Below, in pieces: positions 1 through 8,338 of a stretch of 64,000 bases of DNA. The stretch is taken from the IMG/VR virus record IMGVR_UViG_3300031963_000096, one strand, 5' to 3'. The translations under genes were made by a program, and so were the position numbers. This DNA is from an uncultured virus (IMG/VR IMGVR_UViG_3300031963_000096) (lineage: Duplodnaviria; Heunggongvirae; Uroviricota; Caudoviricetes). Position 1 is the stretch's first letter, and each line of letters begins with the position of its first letter. A model generated the notes under the pieces. It saw nothing but the letters and a program-made list of their open reading frames with translations. It was not told the DNA's origin and did no database searches.

Positions 1-542
1 CTGGACTGCGACTATGATAAAGTGAAAATTTCAAAGCGTGTCGCCAAGGTTCCCAAATATGCTCGTGGAGTGACTAAGTGATTATATTAGAATTTATTGG
101 ATTATTCGCTGCCATTGTGGCGATTGTGTGTGTAATGAAACCTTGGAGTTTAGATTGAGAACCAAAGTAATTATTGAAGGCCTGAATAATTCCCAGAAAT
201 TCCGTGCTGTAATTAACGGAATTTTTATCGGTGATTGTCAGGTGAAGGATTTAGTGGGCAACCGATTCCCGCAAACCCAACAAAGGGTCGCCGTATGGGA
301 GGCGCTAATGGAAATAGCTCGTGCTCGGCGGTGTGGTGCGAATCAAATTGGCTTTGCTGGTGTTCGCCGTGAATATGATGTACAGGTGGATTTAATATGA
401 GTGCCATGAAAAGAATATTAGAATGGGTATTGGAAGAATATGAGTCCGGCCGAAGTGTAAAAGAAATTGCTCAAGATACCCAAGAATTTTTAACCGAAGA
501 TCAAGTATATCAAATCGTAAAAGAATATTTTCAGGAGACCGT

Positions 543-875
543 ATGATACTGGTAATTGAAACGCAAGTGTATGAGAATTATGCATGGAATCCAGATGGGT
601 CAATTGGTACAGGATCCGATGCCTACTGGAAGGCCAAAGGTGGATCCTCATATAAGATCCATGGTGTGCCTGCGAATGTGGACCTGGATGAGATTGTATC
701 CATAGTCCGCCCACAAATCGAAAAAGATAACGATTATATTGAGGAGAGTATAATTTGTTATGGTCTCGAAAAGGACGGCTGGCTGTCAGGCTTTGAGAGA
801 GCCCAGCTAGAGTATGAGGGATCGATTCAGTATGCAGAGCCATCGATAGACTATAGCGAATTGGTAGAAGCGTAG
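543..875 (+). CDS. Hypothetical phage protein
   Basis: 110-aa ORF with AGGAG RBS upstream; no motif recognised. Confidence 0.6.
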   Translation: MILVIETQVYENYAWNPDGSIGTGSDAYWKAKGGSSYKIHGVPANVDLDEIVSIVRPQIEKDNDYIEESIICYGLEKDGWLSGFERAQLEYEGSIQYAEPSIDYSELVEA

Positions 876-1026
876 GAGACAGCTGGACGGAGATCCAGTC
901 GATGAGGTATACTATTTTTAACGATCCTTAGAAAGCGTTAAATCGAATTTCAAAATTTTTTTCCGGTACCTCCGACCTCCAGGAATTTTTTCCGGAGGTT
1001 TTTTCGCTGGAACCTCTATTTCCATG

Positions 1027-1090
1027 GTGTTGTTTTTACGCAACACTCTGGTCTCTATGGCTTGACAATTGCCTCATTCTCTGTTATACT
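1027..1090 (+). promoter_or_regulatory. Sigma70-type early promoter with upstream inverted repeat
   Basis: GTGTTG-N8-CAACAC (1027-1046), TTGACA (1062-1067), 17 nt spacer, TGn-TATACT (1085-1090). Confidence 0.8.
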
Positions 1091-1114
1091 ATCATTATAT
1101 TGGTAAGGAATCGT

Positions 1115-1429
1115 ATGAATAGGAAAAAGCGTAATGACCGTAATTATATCATATATCAAATTCTCTCTGAAAATACTGGTGACAGTTATATTGGTGTTAC
1201 TGTCGCTACCGGCCGTGCTTTTCTACGGTCTGTTAAGGTTCGGGTTCAAAAGCATTTCTCCAGAGCTAAATGCGAGACTAAAGATTGGGCACTCTGCGAA
1301 TTTATACGTCAGAACCAAGACGCCGAAATGACCTATCAGGTACTTGATGTAATTCGTGGTCGGCGGAATGCTTATCAAGTTGAGCGAGAGTATATTCGGA
1401 ATTATCAGCCTACACTCAATACATTTTAA
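1115..1429 (+). CDS. GIY-YIG nuclease family protein
   Basis: YIIYQI...SYIGVT motif pair, conserved Arg/His (RVQKH), E in EREYI, terminal PTLN; AAGGA RBS before ATG 1115. Confidence 0.7.
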   Translation: MNRKKRNDRNYIIYQILSENTGDSYIGVTVATGRAFLRSVKVRVQKHFSRAKCETKDWALCEFIRQNQDAEMTYQVLDVIRGRRNAYQVEREYIRNYQPTLNTF

Positions 1430-1438
1430 GGAAGAAAT

Positions 1439-1621
1439 ATGAATAGTTTATATGTACCAATTTTTAAATACACTTTGGGACCTCTTGAAACATATCAAAT
1501 GGGTCGTAGAATATATGCTCGTAATTTTCAAGAAGCGTTTAAAATTTCACAGAATCGTCTATCGAATCGTGCAAAGAAAACTTATTGGAAAGTATCTCTT
1601 GAAATGGTAAAAGGAGTATAA
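1439..1621 (+). CDS. Small hypothetical protein
   Basis: 60-aa ORF, AAGGA RBS, tightly packed operon. Confidence 0.5.
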   Translation: MNSLYVPIFKYTLGPLETYQMGRRIYARNFQEAFKISQNRLSNRAKKTYWKVSLEMVKGV

Positions 1622-1622
1622 T

Positions 1623-1808
1623 ATGTTAAAAACAAATGTGGTTTCAGAAAGACGGTTACTGATTGCAGATGCCATGAAGGTATTTGAAGAAAAGAATGAT
1701 TGGGCCTATATTGCAGGATTTTATTCGTCAATCATCAAAGACCTGGCGGTGGATCGGCCAGATGATTTTCAAATGGTCCTGGCAACACTTAAACAATTAA
1801 GGAAATAA
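1623..1808 (+). CDS. Small hypothetical protein
   Basis: 61-aa ORF, AGGAG RBS. Confidence 0.55.
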   Translation: MLKTNVVSERRLLIADAMKVFEEKNDWAYIAGFYSSIIKDLAVDRPDDFQMVLATLKQLRK

Positions 1809-1809
1809 A

Positions 1810-2025
1810 ATGAAATTACCTTTTAAAGATTTGTTTGTTGGTACGGAAGCAGAAATGATTACAAACCCATTTTCAGGTGAATCTTGCTTACTTTCACCTG
1901 AAGCCGTTGCGGTTTATGATACAATCCGTGGATGCGAATTGTTTGGTGACTATGCCGGTGTTCGCAAAGGCCTGGACTGGTTTCGGCAACACTACCCTGC
2001 TGAATATATGGTTTTATTGGATTGA
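1810..2025 (+). CDS. Small hypothetical protein
   Basis: 71-aa ORF, AAGGA RBS, packed in operon. Confidence 0.6.
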   Translation: MKLPFKDLFVGTEAEMITNPFSGESCLLSPEAVAVYDTIRGCELFGDYAGVRKGLDWFRQHYPAEYMVLLD

Positions 2026-2515
2026 AAAGAATAAAATTATGGATAAAATTGAAGAAATGAATAAGGTTGTTGAGAGTATGATTTACCTCTGCGAAATTCG
2101 TGGTCAGCTGGATGAGGCGAGCAATGCAAAGACGGAAAAGCGCCTTGAGCAATTGGAGAGACGGTATGCGGAGTTGCAAAAGACGGTAGTGCCTGCATGA
2201 CCTATTTTTTGTTATTGATCAATGTATTCTTTGTCTGGTTCTTTTGGCGAAGTGCAGGTCTGGCCTTTGAAGAAGGTCGCAATGGTTCTGCCTACATTGA
2301 TCTAACTTTATCGGCTATGAATTTTGCTTTAATCATGAATGCTATACTATGACAAGTGACAATATCGAAACACGGCGGCAATATGCAAGAGCTTACTGGA
2401 ATTTACCAATTGCTTTTGTAGAAATTGATTTAGATGTATTAGAGATTTTGACCAATACAATGAAATCAGATGAAATGATGTTTGCAAGAAAACTTATGGA
2501 TGAAAAGGTGCCTGT

Positions 2516-2770
2516 ATGGAAATAATTGAATTTACAAAGCGTTGGCTTGTGATGGAAGTTGCCAATGTATTTAAATGGGTTGCAACTGCGGTAACATTGG
2601 CAGGCGCTATTTGTACGGCCTTGACAATCGACCCTTTGAATGTTATACTACTGAATATAGGTTCGGCATTGTTTCTGGTATGGGGTGTTCTCATCAAAGA
2701 CAAGGCCATGATTCTTGTAAACTCTGGCCTCTTGGCAATTTATGCATTTGGCATGTTTATAAGGTTATGA
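2516..2770 (+). CDS. Small membrane protein
   Basis: Three hydrophobic segments; true start may be slightly downstream. Confidence 0.55.
   Translation: MEIIEFTKRWLVMEVANVFKWVATAVTLAGAICTALTIDPLNVILLNIGSALFLVWGVLIKDKAMILVNSGLLAIYAFGMFIRL
2621..2649 (+). promoter_or_regulatory. Sigma70-type promoter inside a CDS
   Basis: TTGACA (2621-2626), 17 nt spacer, TGn-TATACT (2644-2649). Confidence 0.6.
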
Positions 2771-2852
2771 AAGTTCCTTTTTGGCAAAACATTAAGTACC
2801 AGCGATTCTTTCGTTGGTACTTTTCTTTTACTTTACTTGAATGGGTGATACT

Positions 2853-3008
2853 ATGTTGGTTGTTCTACAAGTTGATGTTCCTCGCCGTAACTTTCTGGTA
2901 AAGGATCTACGCAGCTCTAAATACAGGATGCGTGTTGCAAAGTCGAAGAAAATTTATGATCGTGCAGCACAGAAATCCCGTAGTCTAAAGGAGCGTTATG
3001 CTGAATGA
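2853..3008 (+). CDS. Small basic protein, ArfA-like (not in ORF track)
   Basis: Manual translation MLVVLQVDVPRRNFLVKDLRSSKYRMRVAKSKKIYDRAAQKSRSLKERYAE; GGGTGA RBS. Confidence 0.5.
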   Translation: MLVVLQVDVPRRNFLVKDLRSSKYRMRVAKSKKIYDRAAQKSRSLKERYAE

Positions 3009-3393
3009 TAAACCACCGCAAAATTATGATGGTTTTTATTTCTTGCCAGGCCGTAGTGAGATAGAAAGTTTTAGTCTAGCATTCTTTAATCTAAAAGGTG
3101 AATTTGAAAATGGAAAACCGGTTAATGGAACTGATCTTGGTGATATGTATCATGTCGCCTTTTTTAAGCGTGATGCAAATGGCAACCCAGCATTTGATGA
3201 TGCTTTTGAAGCAATCTTTCGAGACCCTACAGTTTATGTCGAAGGTTTAGAAGGTGCGGAGATTTACGGCTGTATCGTAAGAAAGACGGACAAATCTGAA
3301 AAATGGTTTGCCGAGTATTTGGAAAAAACAAAAGGCGCATTGATGCTTAAGACATTAATTAATGTTGCCAAATCAATTGCAGAAACAAAATGA
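2998..3393 (+). CDS. Hypothetical protein
   Basis: 131-aa ORF, AAGGAG RBS. Confidence 0.6.
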   Translation: MLNDKPPQNYDGFYFLPGRSEIESFSLAFFNLKGEFENGKPVNGTDLGDMYHVAFFKRDANGNPAFDDAFEAIFRDPTVYVEGLEGAEIYGCIVRKTDKSEKWFAEYLEKTKGALMLKTLINVAKSIAETK

Positions 3394-3409
3394 AGAAAGT
3401 GAGTATATT

Positions 3410-3997
3410 ATGCCTAACTGGTGCAGCAATACATTTGAGCTTATAGGTCCAAAAGAAAAAATACAGGAATTTGAAAAGTTCCTCGATGACAACAACGGCA
3501 AAGATTGGTTTAATTTCTTTGCGCCATGTCCCGATGAATTAAAAAATGTTGGTGATGTAAACTTTCATCAAGAGCCCAATGAAAAACTTATAGAAAAATA
3601 CGGTTATGCCGATTGGTATTCGTTTGGTATTGGCGAATGGGGTTGCAAATGGAATTGTGATGCTCAAGATTGGCAGGTAGATGAACATGCCGACTTTTTA
3701 ATCATTAAATTCTGGTTTGATTCACCATGGGGTCCTCCCACCGAGTTATATCAAAACATTTACAACAACAAATACGGCGAAGATTACAATGTTTTCGCTG
3801 AATGGCATGAAGAAGGCATGGCATTTGTTGGCCGATTTGAAGATGGCGAAGTTGAAAACTATGAATATACTGATTTAGATTCGCTTGATTTCATTCCTGA
3901 TGAATTATTAGAGAATTGGAACATACGTGAAATGTTGGAAGATCGTGCCGAATGGGAAGATGAAGATGAGGATGAAGAAATTGAAGATGCCAAGTAA
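3410..3997 (+). CDS. YubB/Api92-like (DUF1281) ferredoxin-like domain protein
   Basis: MPNWCSN start, WYSF..GEWGCKW and FDSPWGPP motifs; acidic tail. Confidence 0.7.
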   Translation: MPNWCSNTFELIGPKEKIQEFEKFLDDNNGKDWFNFFAPCPDELKNVGDVNFHQEPNEKLIEKYGYADWYSFGIGEWGCKWNCDAQDWQVDEHADFLIIKFWFDSPWGPPTELYQNIYNNKYGEDYNVFAEWHEEGMAFVGRFEDGEVENYEYTDLDSLDFIPDELLENWNIREMLEDRAEWEDEDEDEEIEDAK

Positions 3998-4259
3998 AAT
4001 TGATACGCCGGAAGGCAGAAAATGGCTTCGAGAAATGCTTCAATCACAAAAAATTGAAGTTTTCTTTACGAAAAAAGACGGAACTGAGCGAAAAATGTTG
4101 TGTACGCTCGAAGAAAATAAAATTCCTAAAGAAAAATTGCCAAAAAACAGCGGAAAATCACAATCAGATGAGGCTCTTGCTGTTTTTGATGTTGAAAAAA
4201 ATGATTGGCGCAGTTTCCGTTGGGATTCTGTGACAAAAATTCAATTAAGTATTGAATAA
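3987..4259 (+). CDS. DUF2693/WYL_2-like SH3 beta-barrel protein
   Basis: FTKKDGTERKMLCTL and FDVEKNDWRSFR motifs. Confidence 0.75.
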   Translation: MPSKIDTPEGRKWLREMLQSQKIEVFFTKKDGTERKMLCTLEENKIPKEKLPKNSGKSQSDEALAVFDVEKNDWRSFRWDSVTKIQLSIE

Positions 4260-4267
4260 TTTGACAA

Positions 4268-4651
4268 ATGCCTAAAAAATACTTTGATATTATCAATATA
4301 AATCTTACAAGTGCAAGAACTGATGAAGAAATTGCAGATGTTCCTTGTGGCACATGCTCTTTGTGTTGCCAACGATTGACACCATTTCTTACGGTCGAAG
4401 AATTTCAATCAGGTAAATATCCAATAAGTCTGATTAATCCAGATCCGAACGATTTAAAAATAAATCCAAATGTTGGACCTACAATTGCGATGTTCAAAGG
4501 TCCTACAGGTGGATGCGGAATGTTTATTGATGGCAAGTGTTCAATCTATGAAATACGGCCAATTGCGTGCCGGCAATTCGATTGTCGTAAAGGTCATCAC
4601 CCATCAATACCTGATATGACAAAAAATGATTCCCAAGTTAGTCCATCTTAG
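4268..4651 (+). CDS. YkgJ-family CxxCxxCC cysteine-cluster (Zn/Fe-S) protein
   Basis: CGTCSLCC ... CGMF...KCSIYEIRPIACRQFDC. Confidence 0.8.
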   Translation: MPKKYFDIININLTSARTDEEIADVPCGTCSLCCQRLTPFLTVEEFQSGKYPISLINPDPNDLKINPNVGPTIAMFKGPTGGCGMFIDGKCSIYEIRPIACRQFDCRKGHHPSIPDMTKNDSQVSPS

Positions 4652-5333
4652 CTGGAAAACAAAAGATATTTTAGAGGATAATCATCCTCTGATTACCAAT
4701 GGCGTTGGTCGTTTACAACAAATGAATCCTGATTGGAAATTTGTTGTAAGCGATGATGATGACATTGAACAATACCTCAAAAACAATTTAACACCAAAGG
4801 GATATGAATTAGTTCGTAATGTTCACATCGTACAAAAGAGTGATCTATGGCGGCTGTTTAAAATCTATAATGAAGGTGGCCTTTACATTGATATAGATCG
4901 CCTCTGTAATGTTAAATTGAATGATATATTTACTGATGAAATAAAATGGATTTTACCTACGTGCCGTGATTATGATTTTTCACAAGACATAATGATGAGT
5001 GCGCCAAGCAATCCAATTTTTGCTAAGACGATTGATTTGTTTATGCAAAGAAAAATGGAAGGTTGCGAGAATACATATTTTCTTGGGTCGCAAACATATA
5101 TGCACGCTATAACTATGATGTTATGTGGTCAATTGATCAATACAAATCCAGGTATAGAAATGATGAATGATATTAGGCAAAAAATATCAGAATTAAGGTT
5201 TATAAAAACGTATCGTGAAGATCCGCCAGTTGATACCCTTGTTTATCATGGAAACGATATAGATAATTGGGAAAGTACAAAAAGAGATTTTTATGCTAAA
5301 TCAAAAATTAAACATTGGACAGGTGAGTGGTAA
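4626..5333 (+). CDS. Glycosyltransferase, GT32/DXD sugar-binding type
   Basis: IPKLVHLSWK start, KSDLWRL..IY.EGGLYIDID, C-terminal KHWTGEW. Confidence 0.8.
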   Translation: MIPKLVHLSWKTKDILEDNHPLITNGVGRLQQMNPDWKFVVSDDDDIEQYLKNNLTPKGYELVRNVHIVQKSDLWRLFKIYNEGGLYIDIDRLCNVKLNDIFTDEIKWILPTCRDYDFSQDIMMSAPSNPIFAKTIDLFMQRKMEGCENTYFLGSQTYMHAITMMLCGQLINTNPGIEMMNDIRQKISELRFIKTYREDPPVDTLVYHGNDIDNWESTKRDFYAKSKIKHWTGEW

Positions 5334-5334
5334 A

Positions 5335-5409
5335 GCCTTCAAAACATAGGTAGCGATGTACCCGCCTTGTAAGCGGGAAAGTTCGGCGCAAGTCCGGATG
5401 AGGGCACCA
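5335..5409 (+). tRNA. tRNA-Thr(UGU), atypical
   Basis: Acceptor GCCTTCA/TGAGGGC+ACCA, anticodon arm CCCGC-cttgtaa-GCGGG, T-arm TTCGG/CCGGA with non-canonical loop CGCAAGT. Confidence 0.75.
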
Positions 5410-5419
5410 AATAAAAAAT

Positions 5420-6094
5420 ATGAAACCAGTAATTCTACCAAAAATTTTTCAACCATACTATTGTGAAAACTTAGTTCGTCTAGGTAAAGATAATGATGGT
5501 GGTTATCTCGTAAATAAATCTGATATTGAAAAGTCTAAAAAGTTAATTAGCTTTGGCATTAAAGATGATTGGTCTTTTGAGGAAGATTTTATCAAAATAA
5601 ATGATTGTGCGATTGATGCATATGACGGTACAATTAATGCTGATGATGAAGTAAAACTTAAAACGTTTTTTGGTGGTAATAAAATATACATTCCGAAAAA
5701 TATAGGAAATAAACAAAATCAAATTAGTTTTGATTCTACTATTTCTGAAGATTGTTTTTTGAAATGCGATATTGAAGGATCAGAATACGACATTCTAGAT
5801 GACATTATAATCAATACGAAAAAACTTACTGGAATCGTAATTGAATTTCATGACATTCAGTATTACGATCAATTTAATTTGATAACAAATTTTATAGGTA
5901 AGATAGATCAGAAATTAGTTCATGTGCATATCAATAATTGCTCATATGCAGAATCAGATAAAGGATGTATACCTTATGTTGTCGAATTAACTTTTACATC
6001 ATCACAAAATATTGAATGGAAAGAAGTAAAATTACCTCACGTTTTAGATATGCCTAATTGTGCAGAACGTGACGATTTTAGAATTATGTTTTAA
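5420..6094 (+). CDS. FkbM-like SAM-dependent methyltransferase
   Basis: RLGKDNDGGY, SFGI..DWSFE, FLKCDIEGSE, IVIEFH, HVHINN motifs. Confidence 0.75.
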   Translation: MKPVILPKIFQPYYCENLVRLGKDNDGGYLVNKSDIEKSKKLISFGIKDDWSFEEDFIKINDCAIDAYDGTINADDEVKLKTFFGGNKIYIPKNIGNKQNQISFDSTISEDCFLKCDIEGSEYDILDDIIINTKKLTGIVIEFHDIQYYDQFNLITNFIGKIDQKLVHVHINNCSYAESDKGCIPYVVELTFTSSQNIEWKEVKLPHVLDMPNCAERDDFRIMF

Positions 6095-6171
6095 CGGAGT
6101 TTAGCGCAGTCTGGTAGCGCATCTGCTTTGGGAGCAGAGGGTCGGGGGTTCGAATCCCTCAACTCCGACCA
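6095..6171 (+). tRNA. tRNA-Pro(UGG)
   Basis: Canonical cloverleaf, TCTGC-tttggga-GCAGA, GGTTCGAATCC, encoded CCA. Confidence 0.95.
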
Positions 6172-6186
6172 ATTTTAGGAGATTGT

Positions 6187-6381
6187 ATGTCTGGCAAAGG
6201 AAGTAAACCAAGGCCGTTTTCCGTTTCACAGGAACAGTTTGCGGATAATTGGGATAAAATTTTTAAGAAACAACAATGGGATCATTACAGCGATTTACCT
6301 GGACCTGAATACTATCAAGACATTTTATCGACTGAAGATTGTGTCTTAGATGCTTTGAACAAAGACGATAAACTTTCATAG
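6187..6381 (+). CDS. Small hypothetical protein
   Basis: 64-aa ORF with AGGAG RBS. Confidence 0.6.
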   Translation: MSGKGSKPRPFSVSQEQFADNWDKIFKKQQWDHYSDLPGPEYYQDILSTEDCVLDALNKDDKLS

Positions 6382-6425
6382 CGGTTGTGGTGGAATTGGT
6401 AGACACAAGAGACTGTCAAAATCTT
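6381..6425 (+). pseudogene. 5' remnant of a tRNA-Leu gene
   Basis: GCGGTTGTGGTGGAATTGGTAGACACAAGAGACT is a Leu-type acceptor 5' strand, D-arm and anticodon stem; the loop is disrupted (ctgtcaaaa) and no T-arm or CCA follows. Confidence 0.7.
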
Positions 6426-6431
6426 ATGTTT

Positions 6432-6439
6432 TATAAATA
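6432..6439 (+). promoter_or_regulatory. T4-type late promoter
   Basis: Exact TATAAATA upstream of the GGAGG RBS of the HNH gene. Confidence 0.6.
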
Positions 6440-6457
6440 AAATGAAACGGAGGAATT

Positions 6458-6919
6458 ATGACAGACCAAGAATTTATTTCTATTACATCATCATCTTCAT
6501 CTATGGCAGAAGCATGTTCGAAAATTGGAGTTCATTTCAACACCTTTAAGAGGCGTGCAATAAAATTAAATTGTTATGTTCCGAATCAAGGTGGAAAAAA
6601 CACCAAAAAAAAGTGGATGGAAAATCGTTCTATCAGTCTCAACGAAATACTAGATGGAAAACATCCACAATATCAAACCTACAAGTTGAAACATAGATTA
6701 TTCAAAGAAGGAATCAAAACGAATAGATGCGAAGAATGTGAAATAGAATGTTGGAATGGTAAAAGTATTGAATGTGAACTGGATCATATTGATGGTAATA
6801 GTAATAATCACATTTTAAGTAATTTAAGAATACTGTGTCCAAACTGCCATTCACAAACTGAAACATTTCGAGCAAAAAATATTGCGAGTGTGGTGGAACG
6901 GAATACACATTTGACTTAA
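6458..6919 (+). CDS. HNH (homing) endonuclease
   Basis: CEEC...ELDHIDGNSNNHILSNLRILCPNCHS; N-terminal HTH-like segment. Confidence 0.9.
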   Translation: MTDQEFISITSSSSSMAEACSKIGVHFNTFKRRAIKLNCYVPNQGGKNTKKKWMENRSISLNEILDGKHPQYQTYKLKHRLFKEGIKTNRCEECEIECWNGKSIECELDHIDGNSNNHILSNLRILCPNCHSQTETFRAKNIASVVERNTHLT

Positions 6920-6967
6920 AATCAAACGCCGAAAGGATTGAGGGTTCGAATCCCTCCACTCGCACCA
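6884..6967 (+). tRNA. tRNA-Leu(UAA)
   Basis: GCGAGTG/CACTCGC+ACCA, TTTGA-cttaaaa-TCAAA, long variable arm, GGTTCGAATCC. Confidence 0.92.
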
Positions 6968-6969
6968 AT

Positions 6970-7045
6970 CTGACCGTAGTTCAGAGGATAGAACAACAGC
7001 CTTCTAAGCTGTGGGTCGCAGGTTCGATTCCTGCCGGTCAGGCCA
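6970..7045 (+). tRNA. tRNA-Arg(UCU)
   Basis: CTGACCG/CGGTCAG+GCCA, ACAGC-cttctaa-GCTGT, GGTTCGATTCC. Confidence 0.93.
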
Positions 7046-7050
7046 AATAA

Positions 7051-7127
7051 GCACCTGTAGCTCAGTTGGTTAGAGCAGGCGACTCATAATCGCTTGGTCG
7101 GGGGTTCGAGTCCCTCCGGGTGCACCA
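7051..7127 (+). tRNA. tRNA with CAU anticodon, probably Ile2 (lysidine type)
   Basis: GGCGA-ctcataa-TCGCT anticodon arm resembles enterobacterial tRNA-Ile2; no initiator features; CCA encoded. Confidence 0.85.
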
Positions 7128-7220
7128 TCTTCACTAAATAGACATTAGATGTTTTTTATTGGTTTTACTATTTTTCCGTGGTTTGGCTGATTGATCCCTT
7201 AGGTCACTAAAAATGGTAAA

Positions 7221-7661
7221 ATGGATCCAATATCTGGTATTTCTGGTGCCGCCAAAGGCATTAGAGAACTTACAAAAGCAGGTAAAGAACTAGACGGTGC
7301 TATTGGTGAATTAAATGAATTCACTAATCAACCATTAAAGGAACAACACAATATCCGTGTTGAGACTGAACGCCGTAAAAGATTAAAACCTTTACATACC
7401 GATCAGAAAGCTTTTGCTCGCCTTGTTGAAAAGAAAAACATGGAGGCTGAGCGTGAGAAGATAAAACAAGAAGCTCTGAAACGATATGGTAAAACTGCTT
7501 ATGATGAGTTGCGTACTATAGTTTCTCAAATCGAAAAAGAAGAAGAATTAGAGAAAAAAGCTTTTGATAAAGATGCAGGTAAGTTATTAGATTTGAAATT
7601 AATGTCCGTTGCTTTTGCTGTTATAGTGACTTATATACTTCACGCAGCAGGGTTAATTTAA
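7221..7661 (+). CDS. Coiled-coil protein with C-terminal membrane anchor
   Basis: Charged helical body, hydrophobic C-terminus; ACTAAATA late-promoter-like motif at 7133-7140. Confidence 0.6.
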   Translation: MDPISGISGAAKGIRELTKAGKELDGAIGELNEFTNQPLKEQHNIRVETERRKRLKPLHTDQKAFARLVEKKNMEAEREKIKQEALKRYGKTAYDELRTIVSQIEKEEELEKKAFDKDAGKLLDLKLMSVAFAVIVTYILHAAGLI

Positions 7662-7871
7662 ATGGAATTTTCTTTAAATGGGTTGATGAATGTATTTAAT
7701 TCAGCACCCTTAGTAGTAATGTCGTTAGTGGGTGTTTTTACAATTGCAGCGTTAATATACAACGCTACTGAGCAAAGAACATTTCAACAAGAACAAGATA
7801 ACTCATTGGTGTTATCTATTTTAAGTGGAATGTTAATACTTGGTATGTTAATTGTAGTAACACAACTATGA
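7662..7871 (+). CDS. Small two-TM membrane protein
   Basis: Two hydrophobic segments. Confidence 0.5.
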   Translation: MEFSLNGLMNVFNSAPLVVMSLVGVFTIAALIYNATEQRTFQQEQDNSLVLSILSGMLILGMLIVVTQL

Positions 7872-8044
7872 ACAACTTTCATCAGTATGTGCAAGACTTA
7901 CGAGACTATCGTGATTCTTTAGTGAGAGCAAGAAAGGCTAGGCGAAACGAATACATAAAGCAGATACCGTATAAACCATGGTTTTGGATGGCATATTTTT
8001 TTATATTATTATTGATTTATCCTTTTTAATTTAAGAAAGTGCCG

Positions 8045-8338
8045 ATGATGAATGATAAAAAATTACTCAAGTGGTTATTGTTACTGATCGTGTTGCCAAT
8101 AGGTCTTGCAGTTTTTGGTGGAGATCGTTTTCGTTATCCTTGCCAAGATCCAGCAAATTGGGATAAAGACATGTGCCAAAAGCCAACTTGTGATGTAACA
8201 AGAACATGTCCAGAACATGTATTCAAAGGTGGCCGTGATCCAAGATTAGGAGCTCCCGCTGATCAATTACCACAAGGATCTTTAACTCTATCACAAACAC
8301 CAAATACACCTCAACTGACAGGAGTGAATTGCAAATGA
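8045..8338 (+). CDS. Membrane-anchored Cys-containing protein
   Basis: N-terminal TM then RYPCQDP...CQKPTCDVTRTCP. Confidence 0.65.
   Translation: MMNDKKLLKWLLLLIVLPIGLAVFGGDRFRYPCQDPANWDKDMCQKPTCDVTRTCPEHVFKGGRDPRLGAPADQLPQGSLTLSQTPNTPQLTGVNCK

Noticed and set aside
6381..6967. Group I intron in tRNA-Leu(UAA) carrying the HNH
   Set aside because: The downstream tRNA is complete by itself, the upstream acceptor strand mismatches its 3' strand, and there is no room for or sign of a group I core around the ORF.
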